Of a stretch of 64,000 bases of DNA, positions 13,921 to 25,523 are shown piece after piece. Each line of letters begins with the position of its first letter. Positions within the stretch are counted from its first letter, which is position 1. The DNA comes from Octopus sinensis (Eukaryota): the NCBI RefSeq assembly GCF_006345805.1, contig NC_042998.1, forward strand, positions 175,584,001-175,648,000, read 5' to 3'. The notes beneath the pieces were generated by a model, which saw nothing but the letters and a program-made list of their open reading frames with translations, searched no databases and had not been told where the DNA came from. A program made the translations under genes and the position numbers.

Positions 13921-14461
13921 TAAAATATTATTCATCTAGGTAGGAATTTTAATTTCAAAGTTTGGGCAATCAGTTTAGATACCTTTATAATATTGTATTA
14001 GTTGCCTCATAATCTTAGATTCATTACCATCATGTTATATACATTTACTAACTTGATCCATGTCCCTGTAAACCATCACTAATCTCTTTCAATTTTGGTG
14101 ATTATCATTAAATTTATTAACTTTTAACATTGGTACGAGGCCATAAATTTTGCAGAAGGTGTCGTTGATTAAACTAACTCCAGTGCTTGATTGCCACTTT
14201 ATTGTCTCTTGAAGGCAAAGTTCATTTCAGCAGGATATCATTAAATATCAATTACCAGAGGGTATGATCCATACCTCCTAGGAGTAAAACTGGAGTCTTT
14301 CCCATGATAGAGATTATTTTGAGCCAGTCAGTTAGTTTGATGAAGATTATCACTCTCTATGCTACACTCACAGGATAATTTAAATTACATTCTGGAAACC
14401 TATGAAACATTCAGCAATTTAACAGTGCTACTGCTACTTACAAATATTGAACTGTTCTTAC

Positions 14462-14523
14462 CTTGTAGAACCTATTTTCAATAAGTTATACTGAGTCATT
14501 TGAGAGTGAAATTTGTTGACCAC
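14462..14523 (-). CDS. Uncharacterised gene, candidate exon (VVNKFHSQMTQYNLLKIGST-R); a longer form 14462-14551 contains an in-frame TGA
   Basis: Strong AAG/gtaaga donor. Proximal acceptor gatgccag gives 62 nt phase 0-2, open. Distal acceptor ccttttag is stronger. Confidence 0.45.
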
Positions 14524-14714
14524 CTGGCATCAGATGATATGTCTCCTATAACTAAAAGGTAGAAAAACACACCACATCCTTCAGTTAGTTGCCTAATGCC
14601 TGATTGACACAGCCATGTATGACTTTGAACCCTTGTGCACAGGAACCAAGTTAACCCTTTTTTTGATAGTGGGGTACTTTCTGGAATTTTCCACATTTCT
14701 TACGACATATTATC

Positions 14715-15058
14715 ATCATCATCATCGTTTAACGTCCGCTTTCCATGCTAGCATGGGTTGGACGATTTTGATTGAGGGCTGGCGAACCAGATGGCTGCAC
14801 CAGGCTGCAATCTTGATATGGCAGAGTTTCTACAGCTGGATGCCCTACCTAACACCAACCACTGAGAGAGTGTAGTGGGTGCTTTTACGTGCCACCGGCA
14901 CAGGGCCAGTCAGGCGGTACTGGCAACAACCTCGCTCGAATCTTTTACATATGCTACCGGCACAGGTGCCAGTAAGGCGATGCTGGTAACGATCATGCTT
15001 GAATGGTGTCTTTTACGTGCCACCAGCACGGAGGCCAGATAGCCGCTCTGGCAATGAC
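14715..15058 (-). mobile_element. RTE-associated 3-prime-end repeat
   Basis: Homologous to 11800-12258 in the opposite orientation. Confidence 0.8.
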
Positions 15059-16211
15059 ATAGTATACACATTATTTTTACTGACCATTAGAAAGAGTTGC
15101 AAGAACCGATTTGCATATGATTAGCATATTACATCACCAGCTTGTGGGACAAAAATTTAATCAGTGCAGTGAAGGTTAGTTACCTGTTTGTTTGATACTG
15201 GATTAACTTAGACTAACACCTAAACACTGTCTGACCTAGTTGGTATGTAGAAATGAGTTTTCACAAGAAATCCAGCAGTTTCCATAAGAAACAATTGAGA
15301 AACACGTACCAATCATTCAACTCTATAACCGTCAAACTATAACTAGTGTTTATTAGTTGGATAGAGATGAAAAACTAAGTTGGTCAAAGTGATGGTTCAG
15401 TTGAACAACTGTATGTTCTGAGTAATGTGAATTTGTCTCTCCCCAATCACTACACTAGCTCAGTTCTTGTTGATGATGATAACTACTTTTCCATGCTTGG
15501 GTTTGATGGAATTTGTTGAAGCAGAGATTTCTACAGCTGGATGCCCTTCCTGTCACCAATCCTCACCAGTTTTCAAGTAAGGTAATATTTCTCCTTTGTT
15601 AGACACATTTTCATGGAAGACTGGAAATGAATTACACTGCTTGTATGACAGTGACATTCACCATTATTATACAATGTCAAGACAAGGAGAGACAATCACA
15701 CACATTTATATACAAGCTTCCTTCAGTTTCTATCTACCAAATCCACACATATGGCTTTGGTCAACCTGGAACTATAGTAGAAGACATTTGCTCTAAGTGC
15801 CATGCAGTGGGATTGAACTTGAATTCATGTAATTGGGAAGCAAATTTCTTAACCTCACAACCACACCTGTACATATATATGTATGTATGTATGCATGCAG
15901 AGGGCACATTACCTAGTAGTTAGGGTGTTGCACTCACGGTCATGGGGTCATGGATTCAATTCCTGGACCTGGTGGTGTGTTATGTTCTTGAGCAAAACAC
16001 TTCATCTCATGTTGCTCTCTTATCACTTTGACATCTGATATATGGTGTACTGAGCACCTGTTTAGTCAACATCAATTTGATGGAAGGTGTGAGCTAACAT
16101 ACAGCACATACATTTGATCACTTTAAACAAATCAATTGTGCAGGTTGTTCAGCAAGAAATTTCAGAACTGTATTTGTCAGACAATGAGAGACTACCATCA
16201 TCGTCATTGTC

Positions 16212-16254
<43 letters not shown>

Positions 16255-16905
16255 GTATATCAAGTACAAAATATAGAGTTTAGCCAGTACATAGTATATG
16301 TAGTATCATGTTGTTTGATGTAGCAACAATGTTTTTATAAATAGATTAAACGATCAGATGTTTTAAACGTGTATGTGTGCATGCACATGCATGCATAGTT
16401 AATCTAAGTGCTGTATGTAAATGCTCCATGGATGAATGGTTAAGTTTGCCTTACATCTCAGGTTTGATTTCACTACATGGCATATCGAGCCATGTAGCCT
16501 TAGTTCAACCAGAACTTTCTAAATGAAATTGTGTAGGCAGAAACAGTGTGGAAGCCAGTTGGATGGTTTGTGTTATTAATTAAAAAAAATACATATTTGT
16601 CACACACAATTTCACACTGTCTACTTAAGGCTTTGTTGAAAGTCGAACGCTAAACACAGTAGTTTCACCACTGTGGCATAACTGAATCACTTGAGTATAT
16701 CTTTTATCTTTTGATTGTTTCAGTAATTAGATTGTAGACATGCTGGGGTACTGCCCTAATTTTAGTTCAACAAATCGATCCAAGTACATATTTTGTGTTT
16801 TTTTTTTAAGCCTGGTATTTACTTTATAGGTCTCTTTAGTCAAACTGCTAACACCAACACCAGATGTTAGGTGGTAGTTGGGGACAAACACAGACACAGA
16901 CACAC

Positions 16906-16936
<31 letters not shown>

Positions 16937-17392
16937 GTATACACTGACGACTTTCTAACAGTTTCCATCAACCAAATCCTCTCACAAGATTTTGGTTGAC
17001 CCGAGGTTATAGTAGAAGACACTTAACCAAGAAACCATGCATTGGGACTGAACCAGGAATCATGTGGTTGGGAAGCAAGCTCTTTACCACACAATCATGC
17101 CTGTGTCTATAGTTAGGTTGACTGAACAACTGAAAACTCATGGTGAAAAATTCTAAGATTAATGGTAAATTACTGGTGATCCAGTAATATATTTTGATCA
17201 CTGCTCAACCATTTCACTTATTCCACATGGTTGCATTATGAAATGGCCCAGATATTTAACTGTTTAACTGATCAGTTCAGTTCATCTAATCCTTAATAGG
17301 TCCACAGTTAGCAATGATAGGAATTTATTTCATCAGCTTGTAATACTGATCTTCAGTTCCACAGGCATGAAAACTTACTCATGATACTTTAC

Positions 17393-17477
17393 CTTCGTAT
17401 ACAGGTAGAAATTCTCTCTAATGTCTTTCTTACTATAGATGCCAGAATTGAATGCCGGCTCTGAGGATTTTAGACAT
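17393..17477 (-). CDS. Uncharacterised gene, candidate exon (R-CLKSSEPAFNSGIYSKKDIRENFYLYTK); alternative donor extends it to 17379
   Basis: cttttctag acceptor, AAG/gtaaag donor. Only one frame is open and it is phase-compatible with exon 21165-21357. Confidence 0.55.
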
Positions 17478-17914
17478 CTAGAAAAGTTTAACCCCAGATA
17501 CAAAACTGACCTATGAAAAATAATTGTTTAGCCCAGGCCAGCTCTGAGCAAGTAGACCTATGATCAATATCTTTTCTCATATATCAAGGAATACAATATC
17601 CAATGTGTCCTAACTTTTTCAAAAGGTGTGATTTGAGGAAGATTTGACTAATATTTTTAGCAAGTCAAATGATCATATAGTTTCATTTGTTGGTTTGTCT
17701 TTTTCTGCAGGTAGAATTGAACCACAGCCCTATTTTCAAGTAGTTTGCTGCATCTGCTAACAGTGATGAACCATATCAACTATACTTCCTACTAATGGTT
17801 ACAGGATAAGAGGTTGTGAGTGAAGTACTTTGGCTTTTGACATAATGCAATACTGATGACAATATACAAAACACTCACCTCTTGGCTTTGATTGTCTGAT
17901 ACAAGAATATAAAT

Positions 17915-19060
17915 ATCATCATCAACAGCCATTGTCCATGAGTTGGACGGTTTGACTAGAGCTGACAAGCAGGAGAGTTGCACCAGGCTCCTGTCTGATT
18001 TGGCATGGTTTCTATAGCTGGATGCCCTTCTAAACGCAACCACTTTAGAGAGTGTACTGGGTGCTTTTACATAGGAGGCTGGCAACGGCCACAGTCAGTT
18101 GGTGCTTTTTACGTGCGACTGGCACAGAAGCCAGTCAAGGCGGCGCTGGCATCAGCCACGTTCAGATGGTGCTTTTTACGTCAAACTGGCATGGGTACCA
18201 CAACTACAATTTCCATTTGATTTTCATTTTGATGTTGATGTACTTGACTCAATAGGTCTGAAGCACAGCAGGTCGCCCTACGATCCAAGGTACTTTTGAA
18301 TGGGCTGGGGCTGGTTATGCAAAACTGATGTAGGATACAGCTGTGAACTCATTTTATTTGTCGAGTCTTCGCAGTCACAGCATATCTCCAGAGATCTCGG
18401 TCTTTCGTCTTTGCCACTGTGAGGCCCAATGTTCAAAGGTCATGCTTGACCACCTCATCCCATGTCTACCTGGGTCTATCTCTACCCCAGATTCCTTCAA
18501 CTGTTTGGGAGTGGCACTTTTTCATGCATCTCTCCTCATCTATCCGTAGTACATGACCATACCAGTGCAAACGCCTCTCTTGCACGACACACCCTATGCT
18601 TCTTATGTCCAACATTTGTCTCAGGGTGCTTACACTCTTTTGTGTGTGCACACTGACATTACACATCTAGCGGATCATGCTAGCTTCATTTCTTTCGAGC
18701 CTACGCATGTCCTCTGCAGTCATGGCTCATGTTTCACTACTGTGAAGCATGGCAGTTCGCACACATGCATCGTACAATCTACCTTTCACTCTGAGCGAGA
18801 GGCCCTTTGTCACCAGTAGGGGGTAGAAGCTTTCTAAACTTTGCCCAAGCTATTCTTATTCTAGTTGTAACACTCTCTGAGCATCCAACACCACTACTAA
18901 CTTGGTCACCTAGTTAACGGAAGCTATCAACTACTTCTAGTTTCTGCCCCTGGAGTGTGATGGAATCTGTTTTCTGAGCATCTGTGGAGTTTATTGCCCC
19001 TGTGCATCTGCTGCACACAAAAGCTATCTTCCTGGTTAATCTTCCTTTGATGTTGCTGCA
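17915..19060 (-). mobile_element. RTE-clade LINE 3-prime fragment (end of ORF plus 3-prime UTR)
   Basis: Minus translation LRQMLDIRSIGCVVQERRLHWYGHVLRIDEERCMKK...GRDRPR (RL.W.GHV.R and GR.RPR motifs). Homologous to 47935-49480. Confidence 0.88.
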
Positions 19061-19064
19061 CCTC

Positions 19065-19885
19065 TTATGCGTCCATTGCTTACACTGGGTACATCAGGTG
19101 ACATACTATCCACTCCAATTATGAAGAAGAGAGAAGATGAGAACAATAAACTATCCACAGTCTGTCTACCCTATGTGAAAGGCCTCTCCAAAAAGATACA
19201 AAAGATATATGGCCCATATGACATCAGGACAGTATTCAAGAGTAATACAACACTTCGCAAATATCTCCTTTGAGTAAAACTACCAACAGAAGAGAATATG
19301 ACCAAAGACTGCGTGTACTCCATCCCATGCAGCTGTGGTAGGTTATACAAAGGTGAAACATGCTGCCCCCTCAAAATAAGGGTAGAAGAACATTGCAAAG
19401 CTGTGACACAAGGAGATATTGATAAATCGAGTATAGCTGATCATGTATGGAAAAATGGAGACCACCTACCCCTGTGGAATGAAGTTAAAATAATAGACAG
19501 AGAACACCACTGGAAAATACGAAAACTAAAAGAAGCAGCTCATATGCTAGGACACAACCAACCCCTAAGCAGACCGAGTGCAGATATGAGCAGCATATGG
19601 GAAATGGTATTAAGGAAGGATAGAAAAATATTAGATTTATAAGTCCTAAAATTCACTCTATAATTGCCCACAGGCACATGGTGTAGTGGTTAAGAGCGCG
19701 GGCTACTAACCCCAAGATTCCGAGTTCGATTCCAATAATAATAACATTGAAAAATACCTTAGGAATGAAACCCTGGTTCAAGATTTCCCCAAGATACCTG
19801 AAGGAGGCTGGAGGGTATATCTGGAAACGTCATGTTAACAACAAATAAGATGAGGACAAATATCCGTCGAATGTAAATAATGTCA
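19065..19885 (+). mobile_element. Penelope-like element 3-prime fragment: GIY-YIG endonuclease, then a tRNA-like segment and a degenerate hammerhead-like terminal region
   Basis: LPYVKGLSKKIQKI..YDIRTVFK and CVYSIPCSCGRLYKGET...SSIADHVW...WNEVKIIDRE..WKIRKLKEA are PLE RT-thumb and GIY-YIG motifs. Confidence 0.9.
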
Positions 19886-20169
19886 TACATATTAGTAGCA
19901 TTGTAACCATAAAAACTTACAGGGATTTATGTCAATCTATCTGTAATTTTTTATGTTTCCACTTCAAACTTTGCTCCATTTTCTTTTCTCTACTCACTTT
20001 TCTGCATTAAACTGACTCAATTATTTCTTTCTTTCCTCCTCTTTATGTATTTCCTTCATCATTGCAAAATCTACCTCCACATTATTTCCCAATGTCTACT
20101 CCATACTCACTGATATCATCCATAAATATTTTTCTCTTTCTCTATCATATGCTCACTCTCTATGATAAA

Positions 20170-20545
20170 AAAAATATAATGAAATTATTGTATACAGTGC
20201 TCAGGTGCACCACAACTTGTCAAAAGTGCATATAAAGCATATGCAGAAATGTACAAATGTCTGGGATGTGAACAGTGTTTGAGTCAGATACATGCTTGCG
20301 TGTGTATGGAGGGGAGAAAATCAGGTGTAGTGTTGGCGAATCTTAGGAAGCATGGAAGTTTTGAAGGATGCAGTGCTCCGACAACTAACAACTGATGCCA
20401 GCAGTTTGTTCCATGCTTCAGCAACTCTTAGCGTGAGAAAATGTTTCTGAAAGTCATGGAAGCTGTGCTGTTTTCTGACTTTGTAAATATGTCCACGGGT
20501 GTTAGACAGATGGAGTTTGAAAAGGTGCTCAGAGTTATTGTTAGT
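20170..20545 (-). mobile_element. CR1/L2-type LINE 3-prime fragment
   Basis: Second copy of 9410-9790. Confidence 0.85.
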
Positions 20546-21164
20546 AATATGGTTAATAATTTTATACCTCCTAACTTATCACATTATCTCTTATTCCTCC
20601 TCTCTGTCATAAAGCTGTCTTTATTCATTACACTCTCCTCTTTTACTCATATTATTTCTTTCTCTCTTGCTCTTTTCTCCACTTCTCCACATTTTTACTG
20701 TCTCGTTTGATTGCTTGTTCCATGACCCTCATTGTTGTTGCTAGTCACTGCTCTTTCTTTGTAGTAGCTGTCTCACTTACATACAATAGTGCATATAGGC
20801 CAGTACTATCCTACATGTGCTTGGAAGAGTTAAATCACCCCTAGAATAATATTAATACAAATAAACATAATAGAATTACTAAAAAAAATATTGTCCCAAA
20901 TTTGTATAGTAAATTAAGAACAAAATATAGAATTTTTTATAGCCATAACCCAACTATTACTTTCTCTCTATAATTTCAGATATTTAAAAATCAATCCTTG
21001 TCATTATTGCAATATGTAATCTTATTAGCAGAGTTTTATAAATAGAAAGACTATTATAATTAATATGATCCTTATATATATATGTTATAATCCCAACAAC
21101 ATGAATAGTTTTTCTGACACACTACAAGCCTAATCAGTAATAACACTTTATTTTCTTTTGTAAC

Positions 21165-21357
21165 CTACAAAGTGCAAAATAACTGTAGATTTTCTCTGCT
21201 TTCTTCCAGATCTTTGAAATGACATCAGGAAATGGAATTGCCCAGCTGATTTTAGATTTCCAATTTACTCCAAAAGAGACAAGGAAACTTTGTAAATTGT
21301 AACAGATGGCTTGGAAATGTCTTTTGTTATAAATTTCCAGACAAAAACTATTACCTT
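21165..21357 (-). CDS. Uncharacterised gene, candidate exon (E-GNSFCLEIYNKRHFQAICYNLQSFLVSFGVNWKSKISWAIPFPDVISKIWKKAEKIYSYFALC-R)
   Basis: catatttcag acceptor, weak AG/gttaca donor, 193 nt. Only one of three frames is open, phase 1-2. Confidence 0.6.
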
Positions 21358-21598
21358 CTGAAATATGCAAATCAAAATGATGAACTGAAAGCATCTTCAA
21401 AAGCTTCTATTTGGTGATAGGCAGCCACATTTAAACCAATTCTGTTGTTTGTGCTCATGTACTATTTAGCCTAGCATCAAAAAAGAAAACAAAATCAATG
21501 CAGAAAGGACTACATCTGATTTTAAGTTGTTGAAGGTTAATTCTGCTTAATATGTTTATTGTTAATACAGTTGGTGCCATTGAAATACCATCAGTTAC

Positions 21599-21702
21599 CT
21601 ATATTGGATCGGTGATGCAGGCAGGCTTTAGGTCTTCTGATTAAAGTTTGCTGCTGCTTTGATAGACAATGGCAATACATTATTACAAAACGTATGTATA
21701 TT
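21599..21702 (-). CDS. Uncharacterised gene, candidate exon; in-frame ATG at 21680 (MYCHCLSKQQQTLIRRPKACLHHRSNI)
   Basis: tttgttgtatag acceptor, G/gtaact donor, 104 nt. Only fully open frame ends in phase 1 and joins the next exon. Confidence 0.5.
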
Positions 21703-22215
21703 CTATACAACAAACAAAAATACACTGTATTTATGTTGTGTGTGTATACATTATGTATATAAAACCATGTATGGATGTTTATAGGTGAATATGAAGGTTA
21801 ATTCTACGTTTGACATAATTTAATAATAGAGACATATGTAAAGTTACACAACCATTGTAAGATGCTGCGTGTGTGTTTGCATATGTTTATATTTATTTAA
21901 AGAATCTCAAGAACATATCACTCAAGAATCTCAACACACTTCAAACCATCTCTAATCCAGATCATTTTATCATACCTCACACCTTAGAAATGGCAACGGC
22001 ATAATCTCATACTCAGGTAACACACACACATGCATCAACATAATATTAGGAGGCTTCTAATTCAACAGGTTTGGTAAAGCCAATCATTCTCCAAGCTATA
22101 TCCATAGCAGGATTTGAACAAAATACTTTTAATCAATAGTTGAGATTGTTGATTTCTCACACTTGCCTTCTTCATATTCTGTCATTAAACAAACAAATAA
22201 GTAATTCATACTTAC

Positions 22216-22317
22216 CTTTTGAAGCCCAGATACAGTTAAAGGAAAGCTCACGGGAAACTGATAGACATTATTTCCAGAAATGCTGGACAAATAATTCCAA
22301 ATGCCCAGTCTTCAATG
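22216..22317 (-). other. Candidate upstream exon of the uncharacterised gene (5-prime UTR or disrupted coding exon)
   Basis: Consensus AAG/gtaagt donor at 22215. AG acceptors give starts at 22317 or 22334. No frame is both open and compatible with the downstream long ORF. Confidence 0.45.
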
Positions 22318-24054
22318 CTAATAGTAAGATGTTACTGCAAGTCAATAAACTACATGTCAGTTATGTCCCCTTTATTTATACAGCTAACCTTACCTTCTCT
22401 CTATTGCTTATTTACTGCTAGGACTGGGCCATTTGTGATACTACACGAATCATCAACAATTCAATTGGCAGCCTGAAGTCTTAGCAATTCATGCTGCTAC
22501 ATCTCTTATTTAAACATTTGCATTTAAGAAGATATATATTTATTTACATCTCAAAATAGTATGGTAAATCAAGTCAATTGCTTAATTTTCATAATCAGAA
22601 ATAACCACTAATAAATATTTTATGTGATTGAAATCATGAGAAGGAAAGAAATGAGAAGAGCTATTTATGCAGTCATCTATATATATATATATATATCTCA
22701 AAGGCAAATAAGAACAGATATTACTTCTGTATTCAAATGTGTGTGTGTGCATGTTGGTGTATTTGAAAACCATGTAATATTTGATTGCAGATGATATCAA
22801 TATTTCTGATAACAGTATTATGCTAGCTAGATTATGATCTGCAATTGTAATATTCATATTTTTCCATACTTCAGCTCATCATATCCTCTATGTACCATCA
22901 TTACATATCCATTGAATGTTAATGAAAATCATCTTTTATAGAAGTGGAAATATAGTTTTCATATATTTTCTTCCGGAATTGAAATTATCTTGCATATATA
23001 CAAGAAACTCTGAGGTTGTGAGTACTGGACTACTGACTACATGGTCCCAAGTTCAAACCACATGATAGCCAACATGTGACCCCTGAGAAGGTCACCTAAC
23101 TGCTGGTTTCAGTCTGCTGACAGACACAATCTAATCACATCAACTCCACAGTTGTAGTGATTAACAGTTGAAAGACATTCTACTGTAAATATAAAGTATA
23201 CATTTGTATGTAGCAGAGAGAGAGAGAGAGAAAGAGAAAGAGGGAGAGTGTGTGTGGGTGTGTAGTGCAAGAGCTAGTAGCATGTAGAGTGACTGGTAGT
23301 GTGGAGTGAAGTGACCAGTAGTGTGCAGTGGACAGTGCTTCTGTGTACAGGTGGGACATCTTTGAATGTGTGGTGATGGATATGTTAGCATACCATATCT
23401 AGGCCGTTGGACAATTGTTTAATATATTGTGACAAAGCTGTGGTGACATAGTAGGCAGGCTATTTTAGTATTTTAGTATGTGTTTTTTTTATCCGGTGAC
23501 AACCAAGCCTTGTATATTCCCTCGCCAAATATATCACTATTTTTGTTGTCATTATCATTAATAATATTAGAGCAATGGCGAAGACTGAGGAAGTAGAACC
23601 AGATTTCATGTTTTACTGCATTTAGTTTCATTTCTCTCAGTTCTGAGGCTGACTTGGCCTTTTATTCTCACAGGATTGATAAAATAAGTACCAGTAATAT
23701 GCTATATCAATTCAACTGACTTTACCCAACCCTTTTTAAAAATTGGCCTTGTACCTAGTCAAAAAAAAAAAAAAAGAAAATCATTATTATTAATTAATTA
23801 ATATTTGTATGTTTTTTTTTTTCAATTTTTGTTATTTCATTTTAGACATTGTTCCTTGAGTAAAACGGTGATTACTCAAAAGACATATTTCTCAAAATGA
23901 AAATATTGTTCACCCTAATTGTATTATTTTCGATAAATTGAGCATTTCATACAAAAGTCTAAAATCTCTTTGCTTTATTTATTTATTTATTTATTTTTTT
24001 TACAGTGGTATCACTATTCAGACTCTAAAATTTGTATGGTAGATTGACCATACT

Positions 24055-24948
24055 TACAAGGTGGTATCAATGAGTATTCAGATTAGTTATGTTTGATAAA
24101 AAAAAAAATAGCTTATTTACCAAAGTTTTAACATCATCTCTTTTGAAATATTCACCTAGCACAGCAATACACTGGTCCCTACGTTCCTGCCACTTTTGGA
24201 ATCTGACCTGGAAGTCGTTTTACACAAGCAAATTGAAGACCTTCAGCAATTCACTCTGGATCTTGGCAATAGTATTAAAATGGCAACCTTTGAGCTGCAT
24301 TTTCATATTGGGGAAGCGATGGAAGTCCACAGGTGCTAAATCTGGTGAATAGGGTGGGTGTGGAAGCGATACCATGTTGTTTTTGGTGAGAAACTCACGA
24401 TTGAGGAGAGCTTGATGACAGGGTGTCATGAATCATCCAATTCTTCATGGTCCACAGATCCAATTCTTCATGATCCACTTTTGATGAATGTCTTTCCTCT
24501 CACATCAGCAATGTCATTGATTGCTCTTCAATGAGCCTCATGCACAAGCTGATGAATTTTCCTCACATTTCCAGAGTTGATGTTCATGGTAGGTCTTCCA
24601 GGGATGGTCTTCTGCTTTTGAAGCACCTATGTCACTCAAAACATTGCCTCATTGCTGTAAGCTTACCAAAGCATGCTCAATGTCTCTGTAGCAGACTTCC
24701 CAAGTCTAACACAAAATTTCATGTTGGTTCTTTGTTCCAACTTCCTGACCATGACAAAATCGCTGACTACAGCATACATGTGATCACAAAAACACAAATT
24801 TCATAATTTGCAAAGTAAACACATTGATGTCACTTGGCACACTGCCTCATGAGGGTTACTGTCAACTCACACTGTATATCCAACTGTGTGCTATTATCTG
24901 TTGGCATGCTACAGAACTAGTCCCGGAACTTTTTGATACCATCTCGTA
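24055..24948 (-). mobile_element. Degenerate mariner transposon with both TIRs
   Basis: TACAAGGTGGTATCAA / TTGATACCATCTCGTA inverted ends. Minus translation LPHPPYSPDLAPVDF...MKMQLKG..F. Confidence 0.9.
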
Positions 24949-25322
24949 TATTTGCATGTGCATACATCTGAATATTAATTTTATCAGCTGATGAGTATTA
25001 GAGGACAAAACTACCGTATACTCACAATGAATGATACTGGAGTCAGAAAAACACTATGAAAAACTTAGGAAAAAGTGGTGAGATGAGATCTAAGAACAAG
25101 AACCAGTACCAATATATCCTCCTGCAGATCTGTTCAAACCATGCCAGTACAGAAAACCGATCATTAAAATGAGAATGATGATGATGGATAATCATTTAAA
25201 GAGTTGACAATTTGTATTCTATCACTAGAACTGTGCTGTGTCTCTGTTAGCTAAAGAAGATTAATCCTGGATGGAGAGTCCAGTAAGCACCAAAAATTCT
25301 CTTTCATGTAATGTTTCTAGAG

Positions 25323-25523
25323 CAATGGTTTTCGACCAGGGTTCTGCCAGTACAGTCCAGGGGTTCCACAAGAAGTTACAAAACTGCTAAAATCGGCAGT
25401 AATTTTTAATTCTCCTGTGCAGATATGTGTGCATAAGACTATTAAATTATTGCACAGGGGTTCCCCGAGCCAGTGGAATGTTTCCTTGGGGTTCCGCTCC
25501 AGCAAAAAGTTTGAAAAGCACTG
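25323..25523. mobile_element. hAT (Charlie-type) MITE
   Basis: 8-bp TSD TTCTAGAG at 25315-25322 and 25524-25531. Imperfect TIRs CAATGGTTTTCGACC / GTTTGAAAAGCACTG. Confidence 0.9.

Noticed and set aside
14530-14532. In-frame TGA as selenocysteine
   Set aside because: No selenoprotein family motif and no SECIS that I can identify downstream.
19673-19733. tRNA-Ser(ACT)-like gene
   Set aside because: No 3-prime acceptor-stem strand and weak anticodon stem. It is a SINE-type head, not a functional tRNA.
23913-25060. Further small upstream exons of the uncharacterised gene (about 23913-23958 and 25026-25053)
   Set aside because: Splice-like signals exist, but boundaries and frames are ambiguous and cannot be supported without RNA data.
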